Source: Polyangiales bacterium
GTDB taxonomy: Bacteria; Myxococcota_A; Polyangia; Polyangiales; JBDIVX01
Direction: 5' to 3'
NCBI GenBank assembly: GCA_039794305.1
Contig: JBDIVX010000011.1
Location: forward strand, 2,885 to 66,884
Length of the DNA: 64,000 nucleotides
In this document: piece by piece, positions 50,291 to 58,794 of the stretch
Position numbering within the stretch: position 1 is the stretch's first letter
Layout: each line of letters opens with the position of its first letter
Notes under the pieces: generated by a model
Database searches by the model: none
The model's input: only the letters and a program-made list of their open reading frames with translations
Told to the model about the DNA's origin: nothing
Position numbers and translations under genes: made by a program

Positions 50291-50784
50291 TCGGGCTCCT
50301 CCTCGACCGGCTCCTCGTCCGGCGCCGTCTCCTCGTCCGGCGCCGGCGCCCGCAGCCGGTCGCGCTGCGCGATGGCGTGCTCGAGCGCCGCCCGGGCCTG
50401 CCTCGCCCGCTCGGTGGCCTGTCGCAGCCGCCGCGCCGCCGCACGGAGCGCCCGCCGCTCCTCTGCGAGCGCGATCTGCTTGGCCGCGAGCGAGGAGGCG
50501 GCCCAGGCGATCTGCCGCGCCCGCTGGGCGCCGGCCCGATCGCCGCGCGCCTCGAGCTCGTCGGCCCGCGCGAGCGCGAGCCGCGCGTGGTCGAGGGCCG
50601 CACCGGCGTGGTCTCGCGCCTCGGTGCGCTCCTCGAGCTCGTCGAGGCTCTCCCGGATCTGCTCGTGCGTCGGGCTCGGCGGAGGATCCTCCGCGATGGG
50701 TGCGGGCCCGGCCGCCTCTTGAGCGGCGGCGAGACCCGCGACGGCCAGGAGCACGGCGGCGACGGCGGGCGCGAGGGAGCGCAT
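50287..50784 (-). CDS. Exported coiled-coil hypothetical protein
   Basis: Signal peptide, Ala/Arg-rich helices, GTGA-coupled to the OmpA-like gene. Confidence 0.6.
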   Translation of the reverse strand: MRSLAPAVAAVLLAVAGLAAAQEAAGPAPIAEDPPPSPTHEQIRESLDELEERTEARDHAGAALDHARLALARADELEARGDRAGAQRARQIAWAASSLAAKQIALAEERRALRAAARRLRQATERARQARAALEHAIAQRDRLRAPAPDEETAPDEEPVEEEPE

Positions 50785-50942
50785 CGCGGTGATCCAAGCA
50801 CACCGACCGCCGGACGTCACGCCTCGACGACCGCGCCGTCGCCCCTCCGTGGCGATGTACCGCAGCCATCGGCCCGGGGGGGGGCCGAGAGCCGAGGGCG
50901 CGCCTGCCGGGTCACCGTGGCCCGTGATACCTTTCGCAGCCC

Positions 50943-52454
50943 GTGCTCGAGCGAGCTGCACTGCACCAGACGCGCTTTCGGACGCCGGGGGTCTCCCCCG
51001 ACGCGCGCGGCGTCGTGCTCGGGCACCGGGGCGTGGTGCTGTTCCCGTCGCTCGACCGCGTGGTCGCGTTCCTGCGCGCGTACGGCGACGAGGGGTCGCT
51101 CGACGAGCTCCTTCCGTCGCTCTCGATCCGGCGGCTGGTCACCCCGCTCAAGACACGCGAGATCATGCTGTCGGTGCAGGCGGAGTCGAGCTACCGGATG
51201 GACCGGATCGCGGGCGTGGCGAAGCTCGCGGGCGGCCTGGTCTTCACCGGCACCTCGCGGCATTTCGTGAAGTACCGCGACGCCGAGTCCCCGCTCGGCT
51301 ACGACGTCCAGCAGCTCCTCGACGAGCGCGCCGACGTCGTCCTCTACCACGACACCTTCCGGCAGGCATACTCGTACGAGCGCGAGCTCCCCTTCCGCGA
51401 CCTCGTCTTCAAGCTCGCGCCGTTCCGCATCCCGCACGGTGAGCGGGAGCTTCCGCGGCGCCTGTTCGCGACGGCCGAGCCCGGCATCGGGGGTGCTCTC
51501 GTCAGGTACCTCTTCCGGTGGCGTGTGGCCGCGCGCGCCGCCCTCGCCGAGTGGCCGAGCCGCTCGGCCTTCGAGGACGCTCCGCGCCGGCTCTACGTCT
51601 TCGACATGAACGAGGTGCCGCAGCGCATGGTCCAGCTCATGGCACAGCTCCCGGGCGTCCACGTCTTCGAGCCGCTCGGCAAGACGTTCGCGGTCGAGCT
51701 CGGCTACCGTCACCCCATCGCGCTCGAGTCGTGCGCCAGCCTCTTCGACGACGACACGCTCCACCTCTTCCGCGGGGACGGTGAAGTGGAGCTCGTCCAG
51801 CCCCTGCCGCCCTTCGCGCCGGTGCGCTCGCTCGTACGCGCCAACGTCTCGGTCGAAGAGACCGATCTGCCGCCGTCCGGGCGCGGCGTCGACGCCGACC
51901 TCGGCCTCTCGCTCCCGCTCGAGCTCGCCCCGAGCACCGACCCGTGGCGCGCCGTGGTGGCGACGGTCGTGCCGCTCGCGCAGCGACAGTGGCTCGCGCG
52001 CCTGCTCTACGCGCTGCCGCCGAACACGCTGGCGTCGCTCCGGATCGCGATCGGCACCGAGAACGTCTATCTGATCGATCCGTCGGGCATCGAGGGCGTG
52101 CCGCTCGGCACGTTCTACTCCGAGGTGGCGCCTCGGATCTTCGTCCCGGCCGGCCTGGCGATCGTGCCCGCCGTGTCACCGGCGGTGCTCACGGAGCTCG
52201 TCCGCGACCGCGGCGACGGGTACGTCTTCTTCGAGCCCGGCCGAGGCGCGCCGCAGGTGGTCCCCGCGTCGGCGTTCGGGACGGTTCCCCGGCGCGTCAT
52301 CCGCGAAGTGGCGGGCACGCCCGTCAGCGCGGACCGCCCGGACGACGACGAGCCTGAGCTGCCGCTGCTCCAGTACGACGAGGCGCGGCGGTTTCCGATG
52401 TGGGGCGTGCCGGGCAAGGAGCTCCCCGAGCGGGAGAAGGAGCCCGGCGAGTGA
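50943..52454 (+). CDS. Uncharacterised protein, first gene of the MoxR-vWA operon
   Basis: 503-aa ORF with good codon bias, preceded by TGaTACCTT extended -10. C-terminal 'GVPLGTFY...IFVPAG..IVPAV' motif. Confidence 0.75.
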   Translation: MLERAALHQTRFRTPGVSPDARGVVLGHRGVVLFPSLDRVVAFLRAYGDEGSLDELLPSLSIRRLVTPLKTREIMLSVQAESSYRMDRIAGVAKLAGGLVFTGTSRHFVKYRDAESPLGYDVQQLLDERADVVLYHDTFRQAYSYERELPFRDLVFKLAPFRIPHGERELPRRLFATAEPGIGGALVRYLFRWRVAARAALAEWPSRSAFEDAPRRLYVFDMNEVPQRMVQLMAQLPGVHVFEPLGKTFAVELGYRHPIALESCASLFDDDTLHLFRGDGEVELVQPLPPFAPVRSLVRANVSVEETDLPPSGRGVDADLGLSLPLELAPSTDPWRAVVATVVPLAQRQWLARLLYALPPNTLASLRIAIGTENVYLIDPSGIEGVPLGTFYSEVAPRIFVPAGLAIVPAVSPAVLTELVRDRGDGYVFFEPGRGAPQVVPASAFGTVPRRVIREVAGTPVSADRPDDDEPELPLLQYDEARRFPMWGVPGKELPEREKEPGE

Positions 52455-53602
52455 GCGGTGCCGGCGAGATCCAGGCGCGCTACGACGCCTTCGCGCGCGA
52501 GTTCCTCCGTCCACTGCTCACGGGCGGCGTGGTCGTCGCGGGCCGGCCGCTGTCCCCCGGGATGCTGGACTGCTTCGCCCTGTCACGGCCGGCCGATCCC
52601 GAGGTCGACGCCGCGATCTACGACGCGTTGCACGCGGCCGGCAGCGACATCGCCCCGGTGAGGGTGATCCCGTGGCCCGACCGTGGACTCGCCGCGGTCG
52701 CGATGGCGTGCCACGACCTCGTCGCCATCACCGACCCGATGCTCGACCGCTGGCTCGCCAGGAAGAGCCGCCCCGAGATGCTGGCGTGGGTCGACTGGCT
52801 CCTCGCGGAGGCCGGTCCCCCCCGCACCCGCGGCGCCGCTCTGGCGCGGCACGCGATCGTCGCCCGGACGCTCGAGGTCAGGCGCGAGGACGTCGTCGTG
52901 CGGAACTGGGCCTACACCTACCGCTTCTTCGGCCGTCCGGTCCCGCCTCGCGTCGTCGCCATGCCGAAGCTACGGATGGTGCGGCAGGACCGATCGACGC
53001 AGCACATCGCCGAGCTGTGGGACGCTCTCGACGCAGACCTGGCCGTCGCGCCGCGCCTCCGGACGCTCCTGTCGCGATCGCCGATCACCGAGCTCCTCCG
53101 CACCGATCGGCTTCCGGACCTGCGCTTCGGCACCGCGATGCTCGCGGTGCTCTCGGACGACCTCGTCCGCGGCGGCGTCGCGCGCGCCCTGGTCTCGCAG
53201 GGCAGTCGGGTGGCCGCTCCCCTCGGGCGGGCGCTCCGCGAGCTCTCCGGGGCGAGCCCTCCCCCGCGCATGCTGTACTACGCGCTCGCGCTCGTGTTCG
53301 AGGTGCACGTGATCGCCGCCCTCGAGGCCCGCGCCGGCGAGCCGCTTCTCTTCGGGCACCCCGCGGACGCCGATTCGCGCCTGTTCGCGGCGATTCTGCC
53401 CGCCATGCTCGGCGCGCCGGACGACCTCGGGGCGCTGCTCGACTTCGATCCGGACGACCTCGCGCGCCTCCGGATGTCCGCGCCCGAGCTCGACCGGGCC
53501 GCGGGCGACGACGCCTCGCGTTACGCGGTGGAGTTGATCGATCAGGCCATGCCGCCGCGGCTCGACCACGAGCGCGACGAGTACCAGAAGGTGGGGACGT
53601 GA
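52451..53602 (+). CDS. Uncharacterised helical protein of the MoxR-vWA operon
   Basis: GTGA overlaps at both ends, 383 aa. Confidence 0.75.
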   Translation: MSGAGEIQARYDAFAREFLRPLLTGGVVVAGRPLSPGMLDCFALSRPADPEVDAAIYDALHAAGSDIAPVRVIPWPDRGLAAVAMACHDLVAITDPMLDRWLARKSRPEMLAWVDWLLAEAGPPRTRGAALARHAIVARTLEVRREDVVVRNWAYTYRFFGRPVPPRVVAMPKLRMVRQDRSTQHIAELWDALDADLAVAPRLRTLLSRSPITELLRTDRLPDLRFGTAMLAVLSDDLVRGGVARALVSQGSRVAAPLGRALRELSGASPPPRMLYYALALVFEVHVIAALEARAGEPLLFGHPADADSRLFAAILPAMLGAPDDLGALLDFDPDDLARLRMSAPELDRAAGDDASRYAVELIDQAMPPRLDHERDEYQKVGT

Positions 53603-54771
53603 CGAAAGCGACGGAGACGGCGCAGCGCCTTCAGCAGGTGGCGCGCGCGCTCGAGACGACCTTCCTCGGGAAGAGCGAAGTGGTGAGGCTCATGCTGATC
53701 GCGGCCATCGCGGGCGAGCACATGGTGCTCGTGGGGCCGCCGGGGACCGCGAAGAGCGCGCTGGTGCGGCTCTTCTCGAAGCTCGTGCAGGCGCGCTACT
53801 TCGAGTACCTGCTCACGCGGTTCACCGAGCCGAACGAGCTCTTCGGCCCGATCGACATCCAGCGCTTCCGCGAGGGGCGGTACGAGCGGCGGATGGAGGG
53901 CATGCTGCCCGAGGCCGAGATCGCCTTCCTCGACGAGGTGTTCAAGGCGAACAGCGCCATCTTGAACTCGCTCCTCAGCGTGCTGAACGAGCGCGTCTAC
54001 ACGGTCGGCGGAGCACGCCACCGCGTGCCGCTCATCAGCGCCTTCGGCGCGTCGAACGAGGTCCCGAACGACGAAGACCTGATGGCCGTCTTCGACCGGT
54101 TCCTCCTTCGGGTGCACAGCGACAACCTCGACAGCTACCACTTCCACGACCTGCTCTTGAAGGGCATCGACCACGAGGTCAGCAAGATCTCCGGCGCGTA
54201 CGACCAGATCCGTCCGGTCCTGAGCGCGCAGGACCTGCACGCGCTGCACGCCGGCTTCGCGGAGCGGATGCGGTTCACCGAGGAGCTCCTGGCGGCGTAC
54301 AAGGGTCTGGTCTTCCAGATCCGCTCCGAAGGCGTCTCGCTCAGCGACCGCCGCGCCATCAAGCTGCTCAAGCTGTTTGCCGCGAGCGCGCTCCTCGACG
54401 GCCGTTCGACGGCCGACCCGAGCGACTTCTTCGTCCTGCGACACACCTGGAACAACCTCGACCAGGCCGAGATCCTCGAGGGCATCGTCGGCCCGGTGCT
54501 CGAGGCGTGGTACCGGGAGCACCCGGAGGCGCGACGCTTCGGCGCCGCCGACGTCGGGATGGACGCGCTCATCGAGGAGGTGAACCGGATCCGCGAGCTG
54601 CTCACCTCCGACCGTCCCATGAGCGACATCCAGCTCTTCAGCCACCTCAAGGCCCTGAACGAGATCAAGGCCGCGCTCCAGGCCATCGGCACGCAGCCGG
54701 CCCGCGAGGCGATCGGGCGGGTCGACCAGCTCCTCGGTCACGTGTTCCAGAGCGGCAAGTTCGCACAGTAG
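53599..54771 (+). CDS. MoxR-family AAA+ ATPase (RavA-like)
   Basis: Walker A 'GPPGTAKS', 'FEYLLTRFTEPNELFGP', Walker B 'FLDEVFKANSAILNSLL', 'ASNE', 'FDRFLLR', 'SDRR'. Confidence 0.93.
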   Translation: MTKATETAQRLQQVARALETTFLGKSEVVRLMLIAAIAGEHMVLVGPPGTAKSALVRLFSKLVQARYFEYLLTRFTEPNELFGPIDIQRFREGRYERRMEGMLPEAEIAFLDEVFKANSAILNSLLSVLNERVYTVGGARHRVPLISAFGASNEVPNDEDLMAVFDRFLLRVHSDNLDSYHFHDLLLKGIDHEVSKISGAYDQIRPVLSAQDLHALHAGFAERMRFTEELLAAYKGLVFQIRSEGVSLSDRRAIKLLKLFAASALLDGRSTADPSDFFVLRHTWNNLDQAEILEGIVGPVLEAWYREHPEARRFGAADVGMDALIEEVNRIRELLTSDRPMSDIQLFSHLKALNEIKAALQAIGTQPAREAIGRVDQLLGHVFQSGKFAQ

Positions 54772-54779
54772 GAGGCCGG

Positions 54780-56297
54780 GTGCCGATCGGGAGCCACCTC
54801 AGGAACACGGAGGCGGGGCGGGACATCGGCTCGCTCGCGCTGAGCGTGGTGCGCACGGACAACCCCATGGTCGAGCTGCGGGCGGCGCAGTGGCGGAACG
54901 CGCTCGGCCGCGTCGGGCTTCCGGTGCCCTTGTGGGCGGTGCACGACCTCGGGATGACGGCCGTGCTCGACCCCGGCTCGGTCCCCATCCAGCAGCGCAC
55001 GGCGGCGCTCGGTGGGCTGCCTCCGGAGCACGCTTCGGCGCTCGGGGTCTGGGTCGAGACGATCTCCGAGATCGCGGCGAGCGAGGTCATGGAGAAGGCG
55101 CGGTCCTGGCGGCTCTCGGACGAGCTCATCGCCGTCCTGCTCCTGCGCGTGCTCGGCCCGGTGTGGGAGCGCCACCTCGGCCCCGGCCGCCGGCCGGCCG
55201 CGCCCGTGCTCCCCCTCGATCCGGAGGTGTACCGTGACCTCGAGGCCGATCTCGGATCGCTCTTCGCGGCGAGCGACCGCTCCGACGACCTCGCCTTCCT
55301 GCAGCACCTCGCGCGCGAGCGCCTGCGGCTCCTCATCGCCATCGAGCAGGTGGACCTCGACACGCTCCGGCTCGTCGGGATGTTCGGCGCGGAGGCGGGC
55401 GCAGCGAACGCGCTGTCGATGCTGGATCTGTTGAACGTCTTCCAGAGCCCGGAGGCGAACGACGTCGTGAACTTCTCGCTCGATCTCCTCCCGAGCGTGC
55501 TCGAAACGAAACGCGCGAGCGGCCAGCAGATGTTCAGCATCGACGGCTACTCGGGCGTCGAGCGGCGCGGCACGATCGACTCGCTCATGCTGTCGGAGCT
55601 GGCCTACGACGCGGACCTCTTCGACAGGCGCTGGGTCGAGAACGAGCTCTTCTACTACGCCCACGAGAAGCAGCACGAGGAGGACCGGCGCCTCCACTAC
55701 ATCTGCGTGGACGCCAGCGCGTCGATGCGCGGCCAGCGGTCGGTCTTCGCGCGCGGGCTCGCGCTGACGCTCATCAAGAAGCTCACGCTGCGCGGCGAGG
55801 ACGTCTACATGCGGTTCTTCGACTCGCGGCTGTATGAGGCGCAGCACACGCGTCCCGGCCGGAGCGAGCACGGCGGCATCAGCGTCCCCTACGTCCTGTG
55901 CTTCAAGGGCGAGCACGGCCGGAACTACGCCAAGGTGTTCGGGATGCTGGCGAACGACCTCGAGCGCCTGGCGCGGCGGGAGCGGCGCACGCCCATCCTG
56001 TACGTGATCACCCATGCCGAGTGCCACGTGCCCCTCGACACGATCGAGCGGCTGCGAACCCTCGCGAGGCTCTACGGGGTGTTCATGCTGCCCTCGCAAG
56101 GGCAGCTCGAGCTCGACTACCTGCACCGGCTGCACACGGTGCAGGTGGTCGACGAGAACGCGCTCGGCCAGCGGGACGAGCGCGCCCGGCGCGCGCTCGA
56201 CATCGTCGAGGACGTGGCCCGAGAGGAGGAGGAAGCGGCGCCGGTCGAGCCCGACGGGCGGGACCAGCTCAGGGAGCGCGAGTCGTGGATCGGATGA
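54780..56297 (+). CDS. vWA-domain protein (ViaA-like partner of MoxR)
   Basis: GGAGG RBS + GTG. 'SLMLSELAY...F.RRWVENELFYY', MIDAS 'VDASASM', 'YVIT'. Confidence 0.85.
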   Translation: MPIGSHLRNTEAGRDIGSLALSVVRTDNPMVELRAAQWRNALGRVGLPVPLWAVHDLGMTAVLDPGSVPIQQRTAALGGLPPEHASALGVWVETISEIAASEVMEKARSWRLSDELIAVLLLRVLGPVWERHLGPGRRPAAPVLPLDPEVYRDLEADLGSLFAASDRSDDLAFLQHLARERLRLLIAIEQVDLDTLRLVGMFGAEAGAANALSMLDLLNVFQSPEANDVVNFSLDLLPSVLETKRASGQQMFSIDGYSGVERRGTIDSLMLSELAYDADLFDRRWVENELFYYAHEKQHEEDRRLHYICVDASASMRGQRSVFARGLALTLIKKLTLRGEDVYMRFFDSRLYEAQHTRPGRSEHGGISVPYVLCFKGEHGRNYAKVFGMLANDLERLARRERRTPILYVITHAECHVPLDTIERLRTLARLYGVFMLPSQGQLELDYLHRLHTVQVVDENALGQRDERARRALDIVEDVAREEEEAAPVEPDGRDQLRERESWIG

Positions 56298-56333
56298 GGG
56301 TCGGGCGGCGGCGAAGGCCGGGGGTCGAGGATC

Positions 56334-58118
56334 GTGGCGGCGATCGATAAGCGCGAAGCGTATCGGAAGGCGGCGCAGGCGCTCGAGGGCGGACGGCCGG
56401 CGCAGGCCCTCGCGCACCTTTGGTCGCTCGTCGATCGGTCCCACCTGATCGACGAGGAGCTCGCGAGCTACCTGCGGATGCTCTCGAAGGCGTACGTCAT
56501 GCTCGATCGCCGCCGCGCGGCCGCGACCATCGACCTCTTCCTCGGCGACGTCGACGCGGCGTTCCGGCTGTCGGAGGGCGAGCCGACCGATCAGGCGCGC
56601 TGCGCGGTCGCCGCCGACCGACCCGTTCACGCGGCGCGGTACTTCGAGCAGGCCGGCTGGCTCGGCCACGCGGCCATCCGGCTCGAGACCGCGGGCGACG
56701 ACCGCGCCGCGCGGGTCCTCTGGGAGCGCCTCGCGGACGACGGCCGGCTCCGGGACGACCTCTACACGCAGGGCCTCGTGCGCTTCAACCTGGGGCGCGC
56801 GTGCGAGCGCCTCGGCGATCGGGCGGCGGCGCGCCGGGCGACGGTCCAGAGCATGCACCTCCTCGAGGCGGCCGCCGACGGCTTCGAGACTCGGGGCCAG
56901 CGCGAGCGCGCCTTCGACTGCTACCAGGTGCTGCTCACCCTCGGGAGGGCCGGCGCCTTCGAGAACCTCGCCGAGGGCTACCTCAACTGCATCCGCATCC
57001 TGAAGGAGGACAACCTCAAGTACTACGTCCTCCAGTACTACGAGGACTTCCAGGAGCTGGCCCTCGAAGCCGGCGAGCTGCACGCCGCGGCGACTCTCTT
57101 CCGCGAGGCGGCCGAGTTCGCCCGGCGCCACAACCTCCCCTACGAGCGCCACTACCGATGGCGCGCGGCCGAGACGCACTCGGCGGCGGCCAGCGAGACC
57201 CTGCGGGACGGCGGGAGCCTGGAGCTCGCGGAGAACGCCTTCGCGGCGGCGATCGACGCCTACAACTCCCTCGGCGCCCACTCGAAGGTCTGCGAGATCT
57301 ACTCGACGCTGGCCGAGCTGCCGCTCGCCGACAAGCGGCGCGCGCGGTACGAGCGGCTTCGTTCGCGGCTCGCGGAGGAGCCCGACGAGGCCGGCCAGAC
57401 GGTCGCCTTCCCCGACTACCTCCGGATGGGCACGGCGTACCCCGAGATCTGGCGCCTCGACGTGATCGAGTGGGAGCAGGGGGGAGACGCGGCCGAGACG
57501 ATGGCCGAGGTCCTGCAGGACCCGAAGTGGCCCGACTTCACGCGGCGGCGCGCGCTCCTGTGCCGGCTGCACCAGCTCGGAAGCGGCGAGGCCGTGCCGT
57601 CACCCGAGACGCTCGAGGGGCTGGCGGTGCACCTCGGACGCGTCGAGATCTACGCCTCCCTCGCGCCGCTCGAGCACATGGTCACCCACGGCGAGCCGCG
57701 CGTGCGCGCCGCGGTCCTGCGCGCCGTGCGCCAGCTCTTCTTCAAGCGGTCCTTCGTCCTCGTCATCCGTGGGCTCGGCGACGACGACCCGGAGGTGCGC
57801 AAGCAGGCGCTCGCCGCGGTCTCCGCCTTGCACTTCGGGCACGCCTTCGACCCGCTCGCGCGCATCTACCGGGAGTCGGCCGATCCGGCCGTGCGCCGGG
57901 CGGCCCTCGATTCGATCGGCAAGATCCCGACCATCGAAGCCTCCGAGATGCTCATCGACGTGCTCCGCCACGGCGACGGCGCCGAGCGCGACCTCGCGCG
58001 CCAGCTCCTCGCCCGCGGCGACTACCCCGAGCTCGGCAGCCTCCTCCGCCGCGCCGCCGCCCACGAAACCGGCGCAGCCCGCGAGGCCATGGAGCAGATC
58101 CTCCAACTGCGCGGCTGA
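56334..58118 (+). CDS. TPR-like solenoid + C-terminal HEAT repeat protein
   Basis: 'AARYFEQAG', 'AATLFREAA'. HEAT 'DPEVRKQALAAV', 'DPAVRRAALDSIGKI'. No signal peptide. Confidence 0.8.
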   Translation: MAAIDKREAYRKAAQALEGGRPAQALAHLWSLVDRSHLIDEELASYLRMLSKAYVMLDRRRAAATIDLFLGDVDAAFRLSEGEPTDQARCAVAADRPVHAARYFEQAGWLGHAAIRLETAGDDRAARVLWERLADDGRLRDDLYTQGLVRFNLGRACERLGDRAAARRATVQSMHLLEAAADGFETRGQRERAFDCYQVLLTLGRAGAFENLAEGYLNCIRILKEDNLKYYVLQYYEDFQELALEAGELHAAATLFREAAEFARRHNLPYERHYRWRAAETHSAAASETLRDGGSLELAENAFAAAIDAYNSLGAHSKVCEIYSTLAELPLADKRRARYERLRSRLAEEPDEAGQTVAFPDYLRMGTAYPEIWRLDVIEWEQGGDAAETMAEVLQDPKWPDFTRRRALLCRLHQLGSGEAVPSPETLEGLAVHLGRVEIYASLAPLEHMVTHGEPRVRAAVLRAVRQLFFKRSFVLVIRGLGDDDPEVRKQALAAVSALHFGHAFDPLARIYRESADPAVRRAALDSIGKIPTIEASEMLIDVLRHGDGAERDLARQLLARGDYPELGSLLRRAAAHETGAAREAMEQILQLRG

Positions 58119-58131
58119 CCCCACCGGCGTC

Positions 58132-58228
58132 GACTTGCATTGGGGACAGGTCCCAATGCAAGTCCGTCCACCGACCGGAGAACGACTGCCTCCCCGACTT
58201 GCATTGGGACCTGTCCCCAATGCAAGTC
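58132..58228. repeat. Inverted pair of 33-bp palindromic units (REP/REPIN-like)
   Basis: GACTTGCATTGGG-GACAGGT-CCCAATGCAAGTC (58132-58164) and its exact reverse complement (58196-58228), 31-bp spacer, between convergent genes. Confidence 0.9.
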
Positions 58229-58232
58229 CGGA

Positions 58233-58745
58233 TCACTCCCAGCGGTGTTGGTCGCGCTCTAGGGCTTCGAGGTACTCGGCTTCGGTGGGCGGGTTCTCGG
58301 GGGCGGGGGGGATCTCGATGATCTCGACGCGGGTGCGGTCGCGGTCCATCGGCAGGATCGACACGTCCATGTGGACGACGCCGCCGCGGACCCCGCGCGG
58401 GGCGGCGTTGCGGTAGACGGCGCCGTCGCCCATGCGGTCCACCTGACCGGTGAGCAGCCTTTGCCCGAAGTACGACTGGAGCTTCCGGAGCGGCGCGCGC
58501 GAGTGGTAGACGTGCGAGCGCTCCTCGTCGAGCACCGTCTCGAGGCCTCGCGGCAACGCGAGCCCCGCGACCCGCTGGTCCGACTCGAGCAGCTCCCCGT
58601 CGGGGCCGAAGAGCTGCCGTTCGGCGCGCTGGCGGGCAGCCTCCTCGGCCTCGTCCGCCGCGCTCGGACGAGCCTCCCCGCGGGCACCGTCGTCCCCGCA
58701 CCCGAGGAGCCCGGCGAGGAGGAGCGCGATGGAGACCGTCCTCAT
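58233..58745 (-). CDS. Hypothetical lipoprotein
   Basis: Lipobox 'LLGC'. TAGGAT -10 lies 7 nt upstream of the ATG. Confidence 0.7.
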   Translation of the reverse strand: MRTVSIALLLAGLLGCGDDGARGEARPSAADEAEEAARQRAERQLFGPDGELLESDQRVAGLALPRGLETVLDEERSHVYHSRAPLRKLQSYFGQRLLTGQVDRMGDGAVYRNAAPRGVRGGVVHMDVSILPMDRDRTRVEIIEIPPAPENPPTEAEYLEALERDQHRWE

Positions 58746-58794
58746 GCCGCGCATCCTACCCGCGGGCACGCGCTCACGCACGCCCGCGCCCGCG

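Noticed and set aside
58132-58228. CRISPR array (33-bp palindromic repeat with 31-bp spacer)
   Set aside because: Only two units, inverted rather than direct according to the asymmetric loop, and no cas genes or leader in the window.
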